64,000 nt of DNA, from assembly GCA_004764695.1 (NCBI GenBank), contig SMSO01000014.1, positions 2,041,648 to 2,105,647 on the forward strand, given 5' to 3'. Below, in pieces: positions 57,578-64,000 of the stretch (position 1 is the stretch's first letter; each line of letters begins with the position of its first letter). Source of the stretch: Schizochytrium sp. TIO01. Taxonomy: Eukaryota > Protista > Bigyra: Labyrinthulomycetes. The translations under genes and the position numbers were made by a program. A model generated the notes under the pieces. That model did not search any database, was not told the origin of the DNA, and saw only the letters and a list, made by a program, of their open reading frames with translations.

Positions 57578-57617
57578 TTTGTTTGTTTGTTTGTTTGTTT
57601 GTTTGTTTGTTTGTTTG
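57578..57617. repeat. (TTTG)10 microsatellite
   Basis: Read directly from the sequence. Confidence 0.95.
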
Positions 57618-58276
57618 TTCGTTCGATTGATCGATTGACTGATTTAGACTAACTTCGATTCGTTTGTTGCGGCAATTCGAAGACCGCATTGACTGCAGTA
57701 GACAAGCAAGGGCTCTCTTGATGATCAAGCACGTTTCCACACCTACTTTGAAGAATCCATCGCGTGTATCGATTGATGGGCTCTTCGCAAGCAAGCAAGC
57801 TAGAAGTACCCTATCCTCTACATTAGTAGTCGGGAAAGAAATGAAATGCTGATTGAATGAACGAATAAATGAATGAGTGTCGCAGGTACCGCCTATGCAT
57901 TTTTATATGTAAAGAAATACCCGCAGAAACGTGGACCACGAGTCAGTGAGCCGTTCTCTTGGAGGCCTTTGCTAATCTTGTCGATGAGCTATGCATAGAG
58001 TCTTGCGAAACCAAATCGTCTAGCGGGATAGATCGTGCGTGCTTTCTATTGCTTACTAATTTGTCAATTGTCCAGGTCTATGCATGCATGCATGCATGCA
58101 TTCATTCATTCATTCATTTATTCATTTATTCATTTCTTTCGACCATTTCTTTCTTACTTGGTTTCTCTCTTTTCTTCAAGGCAATTCAATTTTGTCTTCT
58201 TTTTATGATTTAAAAAATAATAAGAAATTAAAGTAATTAAAGTTTCTCTCTCTCATGATGATGTTTTGGGATAGCT

Positions 58277-58423
58277 ATGGTAATTACAATTCACGAGAAG
58301 AAACATCAGAACCACGTGCGGTCGCAGCACGAGCTCCTCATCGCACGCACGCAAGAGGCCCACGCCGCGACCGCCGCCGCCAAGGAGCTGATACGTGCGA
58401 GGAAGAAACCTTGGGGACGCTGA
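58277..58423 (+). other. Candidate upstream ORF or microprotein, 48 aa
   Basis: ATG GTA ATT...GGA CGC TGA = MVITIHEKKHQNHVRSQHELLIARTQEAHAATAAAKELIRARKKPWGR. GC3-rich codons in AT-rich surroundings, ending about 280 bp upstream of the 58703 gene. Confidence 0.35.
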
Positions 58424-58702
58424 GATCCCTCTGAGCAGCCTCCAAAGCTCTTTGTGACCGGATCGGGCAACAGCAGCAGCAGCAGCAGCATTGGCGTATA
58501 ACTCATTGTTGCTACGAACGAAAGTAAGGACAGACAAACGATCGAACCTCCTTAGGCATCCAACTTTTTATAGCGAGACGAGCTTACGCCGGCTGAGCGC
58601 ACATAGTTTTGGGACGTGGAGTTAACACGACTTTTGCAATCCTCTCAAGAAGATTACGAGCATAGAACTTGATTGCTTGTCTTAATCAAAATAAACTTGA
58701 AA

Positions 58703-61009
58703 ATGCAGGTACAATACGTCACCCCATTTAAGGATAAGTACCAGCGCAATAATAAGCAGACTGGACGCAAGAACTTGCGATGCTTTCCCCTATGCCACGC
58801 ATCACGACACATTGCCTCTGGATTTTGTGGGCAGCAAGTGAAGATAATTGTGCGGAATTGCGAGGTGGAACCCTCACGCCTTAGGGTGTGGGCGCAATTT
58901 GAGGGTGCTACTGATCCTCCTGTAGTGCAAATCGGGGACTTGTACAAAGAATCAGATGCTGTCAAGCAAGAACGATCGCGACAATACCCGGTGCTTCCAT
59001 GGATGCGTGGTAATGTTTATCAAGGCGAAGTTGAATTTGATGAACATGGCTTCGAACAGGCTGGCTCAAAGCGGCTGAACCTTTATTCGGGTAGCGTCAC
59101 GATTGTTGTCAACTCTGAACGCATGGGTTGGCACTACCAATGGGCAAGTAACAAGCACACCTGTAATAATTTTCATGTGATGCGCACATACCTGTACGAA
59201 ACATTGGATGATGGAGAAACAATGCGAAATGTCGGCGCATTCGACTCGCCCTCATTTCAGATTTTCTGTCGTCGTCGTCAACGCAAACCTACTGCTAATC
59301 TCCAACCTATGGCTCCTGCAACGACGCCACCCAATGCTCGTGCCCCCGCGGTAGAATTACAACAACAACAACAAAATGATCAAGACGAGCTCCACATAGA
59401 CTCCTCAAGCGGTTGCGCCCCAGCATCCTCGTCCTCCTCCTCTTCTTTCTCACCTCTATCGCCTGCAACAACAACAACAACAACAACTCCCGGAGTCACA
59501 AGTCCATTAACGTCGTATATACCTACAAACCTAAGCCCGCAACCATCTCTATCGTCGATAGACCTAGAAAGGCCAACGTACATGGATGGCCGCAAGCGTA
59601 AGACATCCACAGGGCCACAATCGCCATCTAGCGCTTCCATATCCTCTCCAGATGCAGCAGCCTTTGAGTCCATGGATAACGATGACCTCATCGAATTCCG
59701 TGCGAAGATGCGACGTCGGCTCTCTGTCATCTCAGATCCTTCCACTGGTCAACCTGTTCTTCCGCAAAGCGCATTTCTAAAGCTAATGGAGATTAGTTGC
59801 TTCCGTGGTAAACCTGATCAAATCGAAGAAGAGGAAGGCACTAAGATTCGTGATGGCGGCGTCCTTGTCGGCACCTCTGACTCTGCCATCGAGGATTTTT
59901 CCTCTAACCTACTTGGTGGTATTGTCTGTGGTTTTGACATGAACACCCTCATGGATGAAAATGACATATATGGTGAGGGTTCAAACTATGGCGGTCTTCT
60001 CGACGGAGAATTTGCAGCATTTACGGAAGCACAACCTACACCACCAAAGTCAACTTATCTGGCTGTGCGAAGCGTAGCGGCTGATCTTGCTGGATATTTG
60101 CAAGAAGAAGAGTCCTTTACACAAGCCATCAGTGACTTCTTCCAGGGCAATGCCCTTATTGATATGACAGAGGATAACATATCTGGCCTTTTTCGGCAGT
60201 TTGTTGCTGTTGTGCAAATGCACGTTGAAGGTTATCTTTGCTCACGTGGAATCTCCATGGAAAACTTTTTGAGGGATCTTGAAAAGGAATCTAGTATTGT
60301 TCATCAAGCAGGAGTTTTCACACCCAAAGAAAGTGAGGCAGAACCTACACAACGCTACGCAGCCTTTAAGTTGAATTTTTTGCGCCGTCTCCGCAGTGAG
60401 ACACGACCGTCGTCCTTCCCGCCGAACCAACAGCCAGCAACACCTGATTTTGATGTGAGTGGAAGCTGGGTCAATACAGGTCAAGATGAGGATGACAGCC
60501 AAACCGTGCACAAAATTCTTCAAGCCCACGGTTACCCTGTCTTTATCTTTCAAACTGTGCGCAGTATGCTTTCCCGCTTCCGAGTAACTATGTCCCGCGA
60601 TTGGGTTCTTATCCAAGGTGTGAAGAAACTCATGAGCAATGCTGAGTTTCTTTTCCAATTTGACGGTAGGGACCACTCCTTCGAAATCCCCTATGTTGTT
60701 CCACTAGGCATGCCCTCCATTCCATGCATGTACCGCTGCTCCAAATTTATTCGCGAAGGCCATCGCATCTTGCAGTGTGTCGTGCATGGTGACTTTCCTC
60801 GCTCCGAGGGAGGCCGCTTCGAAATTGTTCGTGAGATTTTTGTACTTTCCAACAAAGAAATGCTCCAGTCTCATGTATCCTTTGATATTGTCCGCGAAGA
60901 TGGCTTCCGCGAGACAATCGCAGAAATTTCCCAGCGATTTATCCGCGTCTGCGGTCAAGACGAATACCATGAACTCCTTGACATCGCTGATGATCTTCTC
61001 GCCATGTAA
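58703..61009 (+). CDS. Uncharacterised protein; putative transcription factor with a Cys/His N-terminal domain and a FABP/calycin-like C-terminal domain
   Basis: 768-codon ORF from ATG 58703. N-terminal NLRCFPLC....H.....FCG, basic RRRQRK and RKRK, Q/S/T/P-rich linker, C-terminal DVSGSW...EIVREI...QRFIRV. Confidence refers to the gene being real; the function is inferred. Confidence 0.85.
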   Translation: MQVQYVTPFKDKYQRNNKQTGRKNLRCFPLCHASRHIASGFCGQQVKIIVRNCEVEPSRLRVWAQFEGATDPPVVQIGDLYKESDAVKQERSRQYPVLPWMRGNVYQGEVEFDEHGFEQAGSKRLNLYSGSVTIVVNSERMGWHYQWASNKHTCNNFHVMRTYLYETLDDGETMRNVGAFDSPSFQIFCRRRQRKPTANLQPMAPATTPPNARAPAVELQQQQQNDQDELHIDSSSGCAPASSSSSSSFSPLSPATTTTTTTPGVTSPLTSYIPTNLSPQPSLSSIDLERPTYMDGRKRKTSTGPQSPSSASISSPDAAAFESMDNDDLIEFRAKMRRRLSVISDPSTGQPVLPQSAFLKLMEISCFRGKPDQIEEEEGTKIRDGGVLVGTSDSAIEDFSSNLLGGIVCGFDMNTLMDENDIYGEGSNYGGLLDGEFAAFTEAQPTPPKSTYLAVRSVAADLAGYLQEEESFTQAISDFFQGNALIDMTEDNISGLFRQFVAVVQMHVEGYLCSRGISMENFLRDLEKESSIVHQAGVFTPKESEAEPTQRYAAFKLNFLRRLRSETRPSSFPPNQQPATPDFDVSGSWVNTGQDEDDSQTVHKILQAHGYPVFIFQTVRSMLSRFRVTMSRDWVLIQGVKKLMSNAEFLFQFDGRDHSFEIPYVVPLGMPSIPCMYRCSKFIREGHRILQCVVHGDFPRSEGGRFEIVREIFVLSNKEMLQSHVSFDIVREDGFRETIAEISQRFIRVCGQDEYHELLDIADDLLAM

Positions 61010-62202
61010 CCAATATCCCTTTGATGAATGAATTGAAATATTCCCGCTTCTACTACTAATAATTACGAATAGATTTACTGCCATGACCCATTTTGCCCTT
61101 GATCTACCAACTCTAACCATATCCTTTTCATTTCAATTTTCTTTGTATGCTATTCCTCTTCTTCGGATCACTTCTACCTTCAAATATTTGCCTCTATTTT
61201 CCCACTAAACGATATTTTTATAGAAGCAATCTTCATCATAGGTTTACGTATGATTGTTGGCATGGGCTAAGTTTCACATGATACATTTGTACCTCCGTCT
61301 TTAGGGTCTGAGGTACTTGGCCATTCCCCCACAGATTCTCTCTGATCCTTTGCCACAACACGATACCTGAGAAAATCCAAGGCAGAATGTATATAGCGAG
61401 TTCCTGGTCACTCTCTCATGAAATAATTCAACTACTTGCAAGCAACTCAATCTCCCCTTGAAACAGATAACCCTCCATCCCCATAAATCTGAAAATGGCC
61501 CATACTTCAAGTCGGAATGTGTAAATTGACCTGCTGCTGTACATAATGAAACTAGTTAACACGCGCCTCAGCTGTCATCCGTTGAAACAAAGAGTGCACC
61601 GATAATGGAGTACATGGGGAATCTCTCAGACGCGCAACGGAAGAAATCCATCAACCAGAAACGTTGCTGTAGGGATTCCAAAACCAGAACCATGAAGTTC
61701 AACATAAAGCTGCCTGAGAATAGCCAAATTCAAGATGATTCTTTCGGGCGTTTCGAAGACGACATTGAACATACCAAGAATAAGAATCATTCATTTATAA
61801 GTGAGAAACCGGACGGTACGGAGAAACAGTTCGGGAAAACATTAGAGGTTATGTTTTGCCGATACGTTAGTTTATTTCGTGAAACAGCGCACCAACAGCA
61901 GCAATCAAGAAACTCGCGGTAGCGAAAGCTTCGGAAGGTTCCTGTTTGCCTCGTATCGAGCATACTCTACCTGTTTGGGCGAGCTTCTCACCAAAATCGT
62001 GAATATACTCACGGTTTTCGGTGACACCTACGAAGTTTTAGATTAATCTTAGAGTTTCGTTCGTGAATAACTGCTCCTTCGTTTTGTGGAGCCCAAAGAC
62101 TCTGAGCAAATCGCAACGACAACAACTTAGTTTATTAACTACAACCTGCGCACTCGTCGTGAAGATCTTGTCTTAGGAAACTTCAACAGAAGCTAGACAG
62201 GA

Positions 62203-63048
62203 ATGCCTCTCCCTCAGGGTCAGCTGCTTGGCAGCGAAGAAGTTCAACAGAATGTTTCCACACGCTTCGAGCAAGCTTGTATGGAGCTTAAGGCAAAGGG
62301 CGAGCGCCAGCGTGCCGAAAAAGCCCTTAAGGATGAGGAAGAACGCCGCGAGCAGGCTCGTGAGGAGGCTTCTCGCCCCTTGAAGGAGCGTCTTGCCTTT
62401 ATGAAGGACTCAGATGACGTGATGACTGCTGCCATGTACAAGCAGCAGCAAAACCAGGATGAGGAAGACCGCGATGCTGTTCTTGATGACGATGCTGAGC
62501 TTGACGCTCTTCGTCAAGCACGATTGGACAAGATGAAGAAATCAAAAGCACAGATGCAGGAGAACCTTTCTAAGGGTCACGGTCAGTATGAAGAGGTCTT
62601 TGAGGAGGATTTCCTGAAGACTGTCCTCGCTAGCAAATTTTGTGTCGCGCACTTTTATCACAATGACTTTGAGCGTTGCAAGCTCATGGACAAGCACTTG
62701 AAGCTCATGGCTGTCAACCATGTGGAGGCCCGCTTTTTCAAGATTGATGCTGAAAAGGCACTGTTCTTTGTGGAGAAACTCAACATCCGTACTTTGCCTA
62801 CATTGATCTTTTTCCAGGATGGCAAGGCTATTGACCGCCTCATGGGTTTCCAAGACCTTCCCAATGGCGATGACTTCACAACTCGTGATCTTGAAGAGCG
62901 TATCGGCATCACTGGTGCTATTAAGATGGAGCGTGCCTTTTATGAAGAGCGTTCTGATGTGGGTGCCGTCAAGAAGCCTGTCAAATCAACAATTACCAGG
63001 GGATTTACACAACGTACTGAGGATTTTGAGGACCCTTTCGATGACTAA
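62203..63048 (+). CDS. TXNDC9: Phosducin-like thioredoxin-domain protein (PhLP3/TXNDC9)
   Basis: ELDALRQARL..MKK, KGHGQYEEV, VAHFYHNDFERCKLMDKHL, FFKIDAEKA.FFVEKLNIRTLPT, DRLMGFQDL. Confidence 0.92.
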   Translation: MPLPQGQLLGSEEVQQNVSTRFEQACMELKAKGERQRAEKALKDEEERREQAREEASRPLKERLAFMKDSDDVMTAAMYKQQQNQDEEDRDAVLDDDAELDALRQARLDKMKKSKAQMQENLSKGHGQYEEVFEEDFLKTVLASKFCVAHFYHNDFERCKLMDKHLKLMAVNHVEARFFKIDAEKALFFVEKLNIRTLPTLIFFQDGKAIDRLMGFQDLPNGDDFTTRDLEERIGITGAIKMERAFYEERSDVGAVKKPVKSTITRGFTQRTEDFEDPFDD

Positions 63049-63286
63049 TCTGAGTAGCACTAGTATATACAATTCTCACCACACCAAGTCATATAAACAT
63101 CCGTAACCACACACATCTGCACGGTTCTTTCTCTCACTAAGGGAAGACAAGATAAAAAATAACCAGCCTTTTAATGCCTTTGTTGTTGATGAAAATGTAT
63201 TTACGTTTTTTTCTCCTTGTCTCTATTCTGAATTTAAAAGAGAAAAATGAAAAGCTATCAGCTTCCTTATTCCTTTACAAAAAAAA

Positions 63287-64000
63287 TTACACTCGCTTAC
63301 TTCGTTTGCTGTCATTTATGTTTCCACTTTGAGAAGAGACTTGCTTTCGTTTCTTCAAAAATTTAGAAAGCCAGGCTTTACGTTTCTCTGAATTCGAGGG
63401 ATCAGCATCTGCAGTAGACAGCGAGTTTTCATTGTTTGAGTTTGAGGCATCAGAAGGAATAGCAGATGAACCCTTTCTCTTTTTGGTGCTTTCGGAGCTA
63501 ATCGGAGGGGGCGATACTAGTATCTCGCTAGAATTTGAGGAACCGACTGGCCCAGTTCGTTCCTTTCCCTCAAGAGGTCTCTTCAAGTTCATAAAAGGGA
63601 AGGTTTCTGCTTGCCGTCCTAATTCTTTCGACTCGACAAAACTATGTTGTTGTTCTTGTGAGGTTCTGGTCACCGCCAGAGCCGTCGCTGTACTGTCCAC
63701 CGCTGTAATGTCTTCAACAGAGTGATATTCTGGTGAGTGCAAAGAGCCCTTTGTAATCACAGATTTAGCTTTCCTGGTTACAGATATGACATGCGAGTTA
63801 GAAGGAATTCCGCCAGGTATAGGATTTTGCTGAAGGTCAGATGTTGAGTTCGTCTCTTTCGAAATTAATAGCTCTTCTTTGCCCCTTCTTTTGTTATTCA
63901 TTGAACTGCTAGGTTCTCCGTTTTCCCTTTCAGAATGATTCATTCTAGCTTGAGCTGAGTTGGCAGCGTCTAAGCTTACTACACTCTTTGAAATCGTTTT
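63287..64000 (-). CDS. 3' end of a Ser/Asn-rich low-complexity protein with NLS-like motifs; 5' part probably outside the window
   Basis: The frame stays open upstream of ATG 63943 to the window edge (KTISKSVVSLDAANSAQAR). Basic clusters KRRGK, KKRK and KKRK...KRSKRV. Confidence 0.65.
   Translation of the reverse strand, partial: KTISKSVVSLDAANSAQARMNHSERENGEPSSSMNNKRRGKEELLISKETNSTSDLQQNPIPGGIPSNSHVISVTRKAKSVITKGSLHSPEYHSVEDITAVDSTATALAVTRTSQEQQHSFVESKELGRQAETFPFMNLKRPLEGKERTGPVGSSNSSEILVSPPPISSESTKKRKGSSAIPSDASNSNNENSLSTADADPSNSEKRKAWLSKFLKKRKQVSSQSGNINDSKRSKRV

Noticed and set aside
61605-61922. 105-aa ORF between the putative transcription factor and TXNDC9
   Set aside because: No motif or clear codon bias; cannot be distinguished from a chance ORF.
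1-64000. tRNA, rRNA, spliceosomal snRNA genes, telomeric repeats, intact transposons or viral hallmark genes
   Set aside because: No diagnostic motifs were seen by eye. tRNAscan-SE, Infernal and a repeat library would be needed to exclude divergent copies.

Overview
Eukaryotic, intron-poor genomic DNA of moderate GC content. Gene content and style suggest a stramenopile protist, most likely a thraustochytrid such as Aurantiochytrium; this is inference, not a database result. About 20 protein-coding genes can be supported. Two are missing or incomplete in the ORF track: a beta-lactamase-family serine hydrolase that runs off the left edge, and a two-exon dynein light chain (DNAL4-like). The others include a PH-ankyrin-WW-FH2 formin, a histidine phosphatase, an HTATIP2-like oxidoreductase, RanGAP, 6-phosphogluconolactonase, a GT60 GlcNAc-transferase, an E2 enzyme, two head-to-head SCCPDH-like paralogues, a VPS9 GEF, a TALE homeobox protein, a Rid-family protein, RPT3, a PqqL-like M16 peptidase and a phosducin-like TXNDC9. 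Two gene-poor, microsatellite-rich tracts (about 18.7-28.8 kb and 52.6-58.3 kb) contain coding-like relics. The most interesting object is the ORF at 58703-61009. It joins an unassigned Cys/His-containing, beta-rich N-terminal domain with basic NLS-like motifs to a C-terminal domain that follows the fatty-acid-binding-protein (calycin) pattern. It is a candidate lipid-sensing transcription factor and is preceded by a coding-like 48-codon upstream ORF. No rRNA, tRNA, CRISPR array or intact transposon was recognised.
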